Below are positions 1 to 7,627 of a stretch of 52,652 nt of DNA, piece by piece. Position 1 is the stretch's first letter; each line of letters begins with the position of its first letter. Made by a program: the position numbers and the translations under genes. Origin of the DNA: Bradymonadales bacterium (GTDB lineage Bacteria; Myxococcota_A; UBA9042; PWKZ01); the NCBI GenBank assembly GCA_003559575.1, contig PWKZ01000080.1:1-52652 (forward strand). Reading direction: 5' to 3'. Under the pieces are notes generated by a model. The model was not told the origin of the DNA and did not search any database. It was given only the letters and a program-made list of their open reading frames with translations.

Positions 1-135
1 GCGTGCATGTGCAAGGAAACAAGCCGAATTAGGCGCAGTCGTAGCAGCGCTACGTCGAGCACTAATTCGGTGCAGGTGACGCCGCAGATGTGCGTGAATC
101 CGCGCGCGAATACCAGGATGGACCGACGATTATGG
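1..135 (+). repeat. Palindromic intergenic repeat, subfamily 1, copy A (left part cut by window edge)
   Basis: Aligns nearly base-for-base with 47948-48082 and 52574-52652. Contains the core TGCAAGGAAACAAGCC, the inner stem CCGAATTAG/CTAATTCGG, the apex GTAGC-AGC-GCTAC and the right terminus CCGACGATTATGG (123-135). Confidence 0.85.
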
Positions 136-278
136 ACCAAGCGCAACCCTCCGGACTCCCGTTTCAGACCGAGTGCCGAGCGCGCCGGGACGGGGGGCGA
201 GCTAAGACGGTCAAGCTGACGCGGTGGATGGCTCGTATTGGCTAAGCTACTGCCGGTGCAGGTGGAAAAAAAGGGTGT

Positions 279-1265
279 TCAATCAAAGCCCAGTAAGAGC
301 TTGATGTACTGCGCGCGCTCATAGGCGGTGGGGTCGGCGAGCTTGCGCTGGCTCAGTTTGCCGCGGAACTCGTCGAGAGTCCGGTAGCCCTTCCGGTCCA
401 TGAAACCCGCGAGGCCGGCATTCATGGGTTGGAGGTGTTCGATCTTGTTCTTGTAGAGCACCGAGGCCACCTGCACCGCGCTTGCGCCGGCCAGGATCAT
501 CTTGATGGCCCCGTCGGCGTCATGCACTCCGGTGCTGGACGCCAGGTCGGTCTTGACGCGGCCGTGCAAAATACCCAGCCAGCGGAGGGGCAAGAGCGCC
601 TCGGAAGGGTCGCTGAAGACCAGCTTCTGGACCATCGTCTCGCTACTGGTGTCGATGTCCGGTAGGAAAAAGCGGTTGAACAGCACGACCCCTTCTACGC
701 CGAGCTTGTCGAGTTCGGCGACAAAGTGCCCGAGCCCGGTTATCTGCGGGCTGAGTTTCACCGAAACCGGGAGCTTGATCTTGTCCTTGACCTGCCCGAC
801 TATCTCGAGCATCTCACTCTCGAGTCGGCCCGAGTCGCGCTCGGCCGAGCTGCCCAATGTGTAGATGTTGAGTTCGATCCCATCGACACCCACATCGCCA
901 AGCTGGCGGGCCCAATCGATCCATGTTCCGGGGCGGGTCGCGTTGAGGCTCGCGATGAGCGGCATTCGCACCGCTTTGCGTGCTTTCTCGAGCCAAAACA
1001 GGTGCTGCTCGGGGCCTGCGTGTTCGATGTCCGGGAAATAGCTTTGCGCCTCCTGGTAGTAGTCGGCTCCAACCTCGAGCGCCTCCTCGAACTCCTGGCG
1101 TTCGAGGTCGATCTGCTCTTCGAACAGGGATTTGACTACAAGCGCGCCGGCACCGTTGTCTTCAGCCTCCTTGATGCGCTCGATTTGCTTGGAGAGTGAG
1201 CACGCCCCGACCACGAGAGGGCTGTCGAGCTTGAGGCCCATGTAGGTCGTCGAAATATCGGCCAT
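279..1265 (-). CDS. Dihydroorotate dehydrogenase-like FMN TIM-barrel protein (DHOD/DHPD family)
   Basis: 328-aa ORF. ATG at 1265 is preceded by AGGAGG (aaacaggaggacagATG). Blocks LDSPLVVGA, GIELNIY, VSVKLSP, VLFNR and STGVHDADGAIKMILAGASAVQV are typical of class-1 DHOD-like proteins. Confidence 0.8.
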   Translation of the reverse strand: MADISTTYMGLKLDSPLVVGACSLSKQIERIKEAEDNGAGALVVKSLFEEQIDLERQEFEEALEVGADYYQEAQSYFPDIEHAGPEQHLFWLEKARKAVRMPLIASLNATRPGTWIDWARQLGDVGVDGIELNIYTLGSSAERDSGRLESEMLEIVGQVKDKIKLPVSVKLSPQITGLGHFVAELDKLGVEGVVLFNRFFLPDIDTSSETMVQKLVFSDPSEALLPLRWLGILHGRVKTDLASSTGVHDADGAIKMILAGASAVQVASVLYKNKIEHLQPMNAGLAGFMDRKGYRTLDEFRGKLSQRKLADPTAYERAQYIKLLLGFD

Positions 1266-1417
1266 CTGTCCTCCTGTTTAGAACGGCTCGGTCCTCTAGA
1301 GCCGAGCTTTGGCATGTTCGCGCCTTCGGTGGGCGCCGATAAGGCGCCTGTCGCGCAAAGGCACAGGAGTGCTTAATAGCACAAGCCCCCGAGAGGCGCC
1401 AAGGCTCGTCGGCCCTC

Positions 1418-3151
1418 CTAGCCAGAATCGTCGGTGCCGGGGCGATGGCGCTCGGGGGGAGCGAGACGCTCCAGATCCCACCAGCGTTCAAAAGGCCGCT
1501 CGCGGCGCTCGAACAGCACCCAGCCCCGGTTGGCGCTGATCTGGCGCAGCCAAGGCCGCATGGACTCGACCCGGCCGAGCTCCGAGCGTTGGACCAGGAA
1601 ATAGTCATAGTAGTGGAAGCGGGTCGAGCGCCCGGGCTCGTAGGGCAGTGTCGGGGGCACTTTGCCCGGGCGATAGCGCACGGGACAGGTGACGAACTCG
1701 GCGAACTGCACGTCGGTGACCCCTCCATGCCAAAGCATGAAGTTGTAGTGCAGGTGCCAGAACACATTTCCGTTGGCCACTTCGCTGAACAGGTGACTCC
1801 CCGAGACCTTATAGAGTCGTGACCAGGGGCGCATCTCGTCGAAGAGCGCCGGGTAGTCGTCGAGCTCCCGATCGTAGGCAAGAAACCGGTTGCCCACATA
1901 GACCCCTTGGGCGATTATCAATGTCCCCAGCGCCAACGCGAAGACGACTCCAAGCACTCGTCCGCGGAACCAGCCCATCCAGGTGACGAGCATGATCGCG
2001 AACAGAGGAATGTGGCGCGCCGAGATCACCGCCTGGTTGCGAATGTGGACCGGCAGCAGGAAGACGGTGGCGCCGACGACGATGGTCAGCACCTCCGGCA
2101 GAAATCGCGCGGACCAATGGCGCCCGTGCGCTTTATCTGCGGCCACTCTGCTCGTCTGCTGGAGCGCTTCGGGCTGGCCGCGGGCCATCAACCCGACCGC
2201 CATGCACAGCAGGGTCAAGAGCAGCAGGACCTCGTCGCCTGAGTCCCTGAAATAGTCGAGCAGGTAGGTGAAGACGCGCTCGAGGGTTTGGCTGGGGGGG
2301 CGATACGCGGCGCCGAACCCTTCGCTCGGGGGGGCGAAGGTGTGGACCTCATCGTGGTCCTCGTACAGCAGGAAGAAGCGGATGAACCAGGGTACGAAGA
2401 GGATTAACGAGGCTCCCGGCACGAGCAGGTTCCGGAAGGTACGTCTCAAGCCCGCCCACAGGAGGAGTCCCATGATCCCCGCGAGCAACATGTAGAGGAG
2501 ATACATCTGCGCATGGGCCAGAAAAATGAGGCAAGCCAGGGCGATCACCCCGAACCCGCGTCCCACCCCACCGTTCCGCAGGAAGCGATAAAACAGGCCG
2601 AGCGCAAAAAAGAGCAGCGGCACCGAGATCAGATAGCCCGCGAATCCGGTCCGAAACAGGCCGCTGAAGAGGAACAGGAAGCCGAACAGAGCGAGCCGCC
2701 GTGGGCGTCCAAAGGAGTCGAGCAGGTACGCGAGGCTGAGCGGTACGAGCAATACGTACAGCGTCAGGAAGATCTTGTTGGCGGTCTCGAGCGGCACCGC
2801 TGTGGGCAGCACCAGCGCCAACCAGTGCACCGTGTAGTAGTATAGCAGGTTCGGCTTGATGAAATCGGGGAGCTTGAACAGCTCGGGGTAGATGCTACCC
2901 GGCGTGTGGTAGTTGTGGATTATCTCGGCCACCGCGAGGTGTTGATAGATGTCTCCCTGGGGCAAGATACGGATGAGCCAGATAGGAATCGCCTGGGCGA
3001 GAAAAGCTGCCACGAAGAGTACGGTCAGGAGCGGGTGGCGCTCGATTGTTCGCCACAGCGCGCGGAGACCACGGGCTGCGGGCGGGGAGAGCGAATGGTT
3101 TGCCGACAGCGTCGGCTCGTGATGGTTTGAGTTGCCCATGACCTCGCACAT
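1418..3151 (-). CDS. Polytopic integral membrane protein, function unknown (possibly GT-C-like)
   Basis: 577-aa ORF with many long hydrophobic segments followed by a soluble tail of about 150 aa. ATG at 3151 directly abuts the TAA stop of the upstream gene (TAAATG). An alternative ATG at 3139 is preceded by GAGG. No catalytic motif recognised. Confidence 0.6.
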   Translation of the reverse strand: MCEVMGNSNHHEPTLSANHSLSPPAARGLRALWRTIERHPLLTVLFVAAFLAQAIPIWLIRILPQGDIYQHLAVAEIIHNYHTPGSIYPELFKLPDFIKPNLLYYYTVHWLALVLPTAVPLETANKIFLTLYVLLVPLSLAYLLDSFGRPRRLALFGFLFLFSGLFRTGFAGYLISVPLLFFALGLFYRFLRNGGVGRGFGVIALACLIFLAHAQMYLLYMLLAGIMGLLLWAGLRRTFRNLLVPGASLILFVPWFIRFFLLYEDHDEVHTFAPPSEGFGAAYRPPSQTLERVFTYLLDYFRDSGDEVLLLLTLLCMAVGLMARGQPEALQQTSRVAADKAHGRHWSARFLPEVLTIVVGATVFLLPVHIRNQAVISARHIPLFAIMLVTWMGWFRGRVLGVVFALALGTLIIAQGVYVGNRFLAYDRELDDYPALFDEMRPWSRLYKVSGSHLFSEVANGNVFWHLHYNFMLWHGGVTDVQFAEFVTCPVRYRPGKVPPTLPYEPGRSTRFHYYDYFLVQRSELGRVESMRPWLRQISANRGWVLFERRERPFERWWDLERLAPPERHRPGTDDSG

Positions 3152-5551
3152 TTAGGAGCGATTTGTCCGTCGCGCGCGCGCGCCCAGGAGGCGTTCTCGA
3201 ATAATCGTCAAGACCGTTTTTTCTCGATCGAGGATTACGCCCTGCTCGTTGAAGCGCGCCGTGCTCTCCAAAGCGAGGTTGCGCATGATCGCGAACATCT
3301 CTTCGGCCTTGATCCCGGCTTGCAGTAGCCTGTCCTTGCCGACCGCTTGGACCACGCCGGAGACGTGACGGCTCAGCGCGTCGAGGATCTCTTGGAGCTC
3401 CTCCTGGCGGCGTCGGCTATGCTCTCGAGTCTCGTCGAGCTCCCTTACTCTGCGGTCGCTGACTGCCAGCGCCGCCGAGATCGCCTTGTCGTCCTGATCG
3501 GTCGGCTCGCCGTTCAGGTTCGCGACCGCTCGCTCGACCTCGGAGGGCCCGGAGTGTGATTCGTTCGGGGCGCTTTGGAGCTTCTCGTTGTCTGCGCTCA
3601 GCCGTTGGCAAAGCAACTCGAGGCGCGCCACCTCACGTCGCAACCTGGTGATCTCCTCGTTCTCTCGTTGCCCAAGCGCCACTAGCCTGGTGACCGTGAG
3701 GGCGTGGTCCTCACTGTCGGACGAGATCGCCGCATCGGCCTGCCACATTGCCTCTTCCAGTTCTCCTCCGACGTCGAACGCCAGGGCGTCGGCGTGTGTA
3801 GAGTCGGCGATCTCTTCCACGGGAGGGGACGGTCTTCGTTCGGCCAGCGCTCGTTCGAATTGCACGAGCTTTGCGACCGCTTGCGCCTCGCGCTCGGCGG
3901 CGCGCTTTTCTTTGAGCTTGGCAGTCTTGACCGCCTCCATCAGTCGTTTGCGCTCCTCACTCCACGATCTGCTCTCGGCCCGCGTGACCTCCAGCGCCGC
4001 CACCAAGCGAGAGGCTTTTGTCTCGGCGCGCTTGACTTCTTCCGAAGCCGCGGCGAGTTGTTTTGCCAGAAGCTCGTTGCGCTCGTGCTGCTCTCTCGCG
4101 GCGCGCTCGAGCGAGTCACGCTCCGTGTGCAGCCGGGCGCGCTCATGCTTGAGGCGACTCCGCTCCTTTTCCAGTCTGGCGTGTTCGGTTTCGGCCTCGG
4201 CGAGCTTCGCGGCGATCTCTTGCAAGCGGCCATCGAGATCCCCGGAGGTCGCCGCGCGCTCCTCATATTCGCGCTTCAAGGTCGCGAGACGTTCTTCGGT
4301 TGCCGCGAGCTTTGTTGCGAGCGCCGCTTTCTCTTGGCTGAGCGTCTCGAGGGGTTGTTTTTGGGCGTCGAGGCGCCGATCCAGCGCGCGCGTTTCGATG
4401 ATCGCTTGGCGGCGCGCTTCCTCCGCGGCCAGACGTGCCTCTTCTAGTTCCTTGCGTTTACGCTCGGCCTCATCGGCTTCAGCGCGGGCGTTCTCCAATG
4501 CCTCCTCGAGATCGGCGAGCTGGACCGTCAATTGATCACACTCGCTCCAGGCGCGGTCAGCCTCTTCCTGAGCCTCGGCGAGCTTGCTCTCGAGCCCCAC
4601 GAAGGCCTCCGGCGGCAGCTTGGATTCGGATTCGGATTCGGGTTCGGGTTCGGGCTCGGGCTCGGGTTCGTGTTCGGGCTCGGGTTCGGGTTCGGGCTCG
4701 GGTTCGGGCTTGGGCTCGGGTTCGGGCTCGGGCTCGGGCGCCGCGACGGGCTGGGTTTCCAAGGCTTCGGCGGCGTGAAACATCTCTTTGAGGCGAAGTA
4801 GCTCGCGCGACTCGACTTGAAGCTCTGCGACCGCCTTCTTGCGCTCGCCGTCTATCACGATCGCCTTTTCGCGCAACCGCATGAACGCATCCCGCGCCTT
4901 GTCCCGCTGTGCGCGGCAGAGGCTCAACTCTTCCTCTCGGAACACCAGCGCCCGTGCCAGCAGGCGAATGTATGCGTCGGTAGAGAGCGGTTGTTCGGAC
5001 TCGTGGGGTTCGTCCGGTAACGGCGGCGGAGTCACTTTGACGCTCCTCTTGCGAGTCGCTTCCGGCATTTCTCGGGGCTTGCGGCGAGCGTGTGGATGGG
5101 CCTTTGCGATCTCCGGCGATTGAAACTCCGCCGGGTCTAACGGCCGCGAGCCGGGCTGCAAAAGCGCCGGGTCGCCAAGCAGCGCATGGACGGCGCTCAA
5201 GCGCTCGATGGTCTCTTTGAAGACTTGCTCTTCGCCTCGCAGCGGCAGTAGTCGGCAGTCGTCGATCAGATCGTTGTCAGTCGCCTTTTGGGCCTCGGAC
5301 GGTGAGGCGCACAACGCGAGACAAGGGATCCCGGCCAGGCGCTTCTGTTTCTTTGTCGCGCGGAGGACCTGGTTGATGCGCGCGATGGTCTCCTCGCAGA
5401 TCACGACGACTCGAGGGATCTCGGCGTCAAGCGCCGCCGGCAGCTCTGTCACACCTGCGACGCGGCGGCAACCCCACCCGATTTTTTTTAGCTGCCCTGC
5501 CACCTGCGCGCTGAGTGCCGCTTCAGAGCTGATGATGATAGCCGAGTCCAT
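3152..5551 (-). CDS. FrzS/AglZ-like protein: N-terminal pseudo-receiver domain, (PE)n linker and long coiled coil
   Basis: The N-terminal 120 aa or so have a response-regulator-like alternating pattern (AIIISSE...VVVICEE...IPCLALC), but the phospho-acceptor Asp position reads C/E. The rest is E/A/R/L-rich heptad-like sequence. An internal PEPEPEPEPKPEPEPEPEPEPEHEPEPEPEPEPESESES tract is present. The track start at 5572 is TTG, so I prefer the ATG at 5551 (MDSAIII). Confidence 0.65.
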   Translation of the reverse strand: MDSAIIISSEAALSAQVAGQLKKIGWGCRRVAGVTELPAALDAEIPRVVVICEETIARINQVLRATKKQKRLAGIPCLALCASPSEAQKATDNDLIDDCRLLPLRGEEQVFKETIERLSAVHALLGDPALLQPGSRPLDPAEFQSPEIAKAHPHARRKPREMPEATRKRSVKVTPPPLPDEPHESEQPLSTDAYIRLLARALVFREEELSLCRAQRDKARDAFMRLREKAIVIDGERKKAVAELQVESRELLRLKEMFHAAEALETQPVAAPEPEPEPEPKPEPEPEPEPEPEHEPEPEPEPEPESESESKLPPEAFVGLESKLAEAQEEADRAWSECDQLTVQLADLEEALENARAEADEAERKRKELEEARLAAEEARRQAIIETRALDRRLDAQKQPLETLSQEKAALATKLAATEERLATLKREYEERAATSGDLDGRLQEIAAKLAEAETEHARLEKERSRLKHERARLHTERDSLERAAREQHERNELLAKQLAAASEEVKRAETKASRLVAALEVTRAESRSWSEERKRLMEAVKTAKLKEKRAAEREAQAVAKLVQFERALAERRPSPPVEEIADSTHADALAFDVGGELEEAMWQADAAISSDSEDHALTVTRLVALGQRENEEITRLRREVARLELLCQRLSADNEKLQSAPNESHSGPSEVERAVANLNGEPTDQDDKAISAALAVSDRRVRELDETREHSRRRQEELQEILDALSRHVSGVVQAVGKDRLLQAGIKAEEMFAIMRNLALESTARFNEQGVILDREKTVLTIIRERLLGARARRTNRS
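4622..4735. repeat. Tandem hexanucleotide array (about 19 units of GGNTTC/GGGCTC) encoding the (Pro-Glu)n tract
   Basis: Read directly: ggattc x3, gggttc, gggctc and variants in an uninterrupted run inside CDS 3152-5551. The minus-strand translation is PEPEPE... Confidence 0.9.
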
Positions 5552-5651
5552 CCCCCAAAAATCCTTCTTCAAGGTGCCGGTGAGAGCTCTGGTGCCGTCA
5601 CCGTTTGCGCCTCCATGTTAGCCTCGCTCGCGCTGTATGCGCCAGTTTCAA

Positions 5652-6986
5652 TTACTCCGGTTCCAATGGGCTGAGTGAGCGATGATCTAGTGGTGGATTG
5701 AAGTAGCCGAAGCGGAGCGTGGGCTCTTTCTCTCGTAGCGACTCCATGAAACCAGTGAGACCGATGGGCGGCGAAGTGTGCGCCGCTCCCCGAACACGGT
5801 GCTCAAAGAGCACCGGGTCGACGTTCAGGTTACGCATCTGGATCATGTCCACCCCCGGATCGGCGAGGAGCTGCGCCAGCGCCTCGACCTCCGCCTCGGT
5901 GTCGGTCACCCCCGGAAAAACAAGCATGTTCAGCATTAGATAGCCGCCTGCCCGCTTCACTTCTCGGCAGGCGTTGCGCACTTCGTCGAGACCGTAGCCC
6001 TGAGGGTTGTGATAGGCCTCGAACAACTCATTGCGGGCACTTATGATGCTGACTCGCAGGCTGTCAAGCCCGGCGGCCATGAGCCGAGCCACGGTTCGTG
6101 GCCGCGATGCGTTGGTGTTCAAGTTGATGGTGCCGGTCTCGGAGCGCTTACGGATGAGGTTGATCGACTCCTCGAGCAGCGCGCCGTTCAAAAGCGGCTC
6201 TCCTTCGCATCCCTGGCCGAAGCTCGCCACCGCCCGCGGCACCCTGCCGAAGTGGGTGAGCGCCACTTCCGCTACCTCCGGGGCGCTTGGAGTGAACTCG
6301 ATACGTTCGTGACTGGCGACACACGCGCCGCCGGGTTGCTTCGATATGCACCCAAGACAAGCCGCGTTGCATTGCCGGGCAGTCGGCAGCGGTGCTTCGA
6401 AGCGACGCAGGAAAAAGTTTTGCGCTGCCCGACAGCCATACTCCAGCGCACAGCGCCGGAGCTGGTGGAAGATTCGGTTTTGACGGTGTGCCGCGAGCTC
6501 GGTATGCACCGCCGCTTCGATCTCGGCGCGGTCGAACAGTGCCGGATCCTGGCGCCGCTCAGGATCGATCCTCAATGCGGTGGTCCAGAAGCGATCGTCG
6601 GCGAATCCGAGCGGCGCATAGGCGAAAGTGGGTAGCGCCGGCGCTTTCGAATGCGCTTGATAGGCCGGGTGGAGCAATCTCAGGTAGGCCGGTGCGATGA
6701 ACGCGGCGACCGCGGTGGCGGGAGTGGCTCTTCCGCCCGCCGAACGGACGGCGCGGATCGGGCGCACTCGGCCGGTGCGGGGGGCGCGCCCGAGCGGTGT
6801 GCGCCCGGGCAGAAGGTAGACGTCGCTGCCGTCGGGCAGCGGGATCAGCTCGTCTTTGCGCACCGCGCGAACATCGGCACCGTCGAAAGCCACTAACTCC
6901 TCGCGGGGGTGGTCAAAGATGCGCCCGCGCCGGTCGGCGTAGACCATCCGCGGTGTCTCGCTGGGACTCTCGATCGCCATCGTCAT
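5652..6986 (-). CDS. Radical SAM protein with an N-terminal domain of about 190 aa of unknown function
   Basis: Has the CxxxCxxC motif CNAACLGC, then GQGCEGEPLL, TINLNTNASRP and LNMLVFPGVTD (radical SAM TIM-barrel pattern). The track ORF extends to 7208 through Arg-rich sequence. I prefer the ATG at 6986 (MTMAIESP..MVYADRRGRIFDHP), with 6980 as an alternative. Confidence 0.7.
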   Translation of the reverse strand: MTMAIESPSETPRMVYADRRGRIFDHPREELVAFDGADVRAVRKDELIPLPDGSDVYLLPGRTPLGRAPRTGRVRPIRAVRSAGGRATPATAVAAFIAPAYLRLLHPAYQAHSKAPALPTFAYAPLGFADDRFWTTALRIDPERRQDPALFDRAEIEAAVHTELAAHRQNRIFHQLRRCALEYGCRAAQNFFLRRFEAPLPTARQCNAACLGCISKQPGGACVASHERIEFTPSAPEVAEVALTHFGRVPRAVASFGQGCEGEPLLNGALLEESINLIRKRSETGTINLNTNASRPRTVARLMAAGLDSLRVSIISARNELFEAYHNPQGYGLDEVRNACREVKRAGGYLMLNMLVFPGVTDTEAEVEALAQLLADPGVDMIQMRNLNVDPVLFEHRVRGAAHTSPPIGLTGFMESLREKEPTLRFGYFNPPLDHRSLSPLEPE

Positions 6987-7218
6987 GGCCCAAAACAAGA
7001 GCTGGTGGTTGACCCAAGCCGCGGATCCTCCGAGACGTCGGAAGGGAGTCGCAAGGAGCGCTGTCCTCCGGCGCGGGGCTGTCTGAGTGTAGCTCTTTGC
7101 ATGGGCTCTTCCCGGCCAAGCCGACGCTGAAAGTCGGCGCCTCGAGTGACGCAGGGGCAATTTTGCCCCCCAAAGAGTTTTTCGGCAACTCGTCCTGAGG
7201 CGGCCCAAGCCTTTAGGC

Positions 7219-7248
7219 TTGCAATTGGTCGTGAAGGTTTGCTATCAA
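7219..7248 (+). promoter_or_regulatory. Candidate sigma70-type promoter for tRNA-Ala
   Basis: TTGCAA (7219-7224), an 18-nt spacer, then TGcTATCAA (extended -10, 7240-7248), 64 nt upstream of the tRNA 5' end. Pattern match only. Confidence 0.3.
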
Positions 7249-7310
7249 CGCATTCCCACCTGGGGCGTGTTCCGCGGAGATCGTGGCGCGCGGTGAACGG
7301 CAAACTAGTT

Positions 7311-7384
<74 letters not shown>

Positions 7385-7386
7385 CA

Positions 7387-7398
7387 CCATAATCGTCG
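7387..7398 (+). repeat. Solo 12-nt copy of the subfamily-1 repeat terminus (CCATAATCGTCG)
   Basis: Exact 12-mer match to the termini at 26851, 52532 and (reverse complement) 124-135, starting 3 nt after the tRNA-Ala 3' end. The rest of the element is absent. Confidence 0.5.
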
Positions 7399-7627
7399 AC
7401 TCATCTTGGCAAACGCGCGGGGACCCAGGCGACGACTGCGGCGTTTCTCACCGTGGCGTCGTGTTATGTGGGTTTCGGCCTGCGCTGTCGCGTGGGAGGC
7501 CCAAAGCTTGCTGTGAGCGTCGTTTATCGGTAGTGTCTAATGCGTCTGGAGGTGATACTCCGACGCCGACGGCGCGGTGCTTTTCTCCTGCAGAACAATC
7601 TCCTCACCTGAACACTGGAGCCCCAGC

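Noticed and set aside
7-219. A conserved peptide ORF inside the repeat (MCKETSRIRRSRSSAT.S.NSVQVTPQMCVNP...). It is also seen as the N-terminal extension of the track ORF 47954-50089 and runs open to the window end in copy C.
   Set aside because: The amino-acid conservation is fully explained by nucleotide identity of the repeat copies. The compensatory stem changes in subfamily 2 change the peptide (QIERRRSGATSSIDLVKV). Subfamily 2 also has a TGA just upstream and no ATG in that frame. Copy A's ORF ends in unrelated flanking sequence. The sequence behaves as a structured DNA/RNA element, not a gene.
4622-4735. Periodic repeats that might be mistaken for CRISPR or satellite arrays: the PE hexamer array, and the Cys-rich module arrays at 30990-32123 and 34241-35317.
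   Set aside because: All lie inside long ORFs, keep the reading frame and encode recognisable peptide repeats. There are no unique spacers of CRISPR-like size and no cas genes.
7154-7182. Hairpin GGGGCAATTTTGCCCC followed by a T-run (possible orphan terminator or sRNA 3' end) between the radical SAM gene and tRNA-Ala.
   Set aside because: The T-run is separated from the stem by 8 nt, the stem is short, and no upstream + strand gene or promoter could use it.
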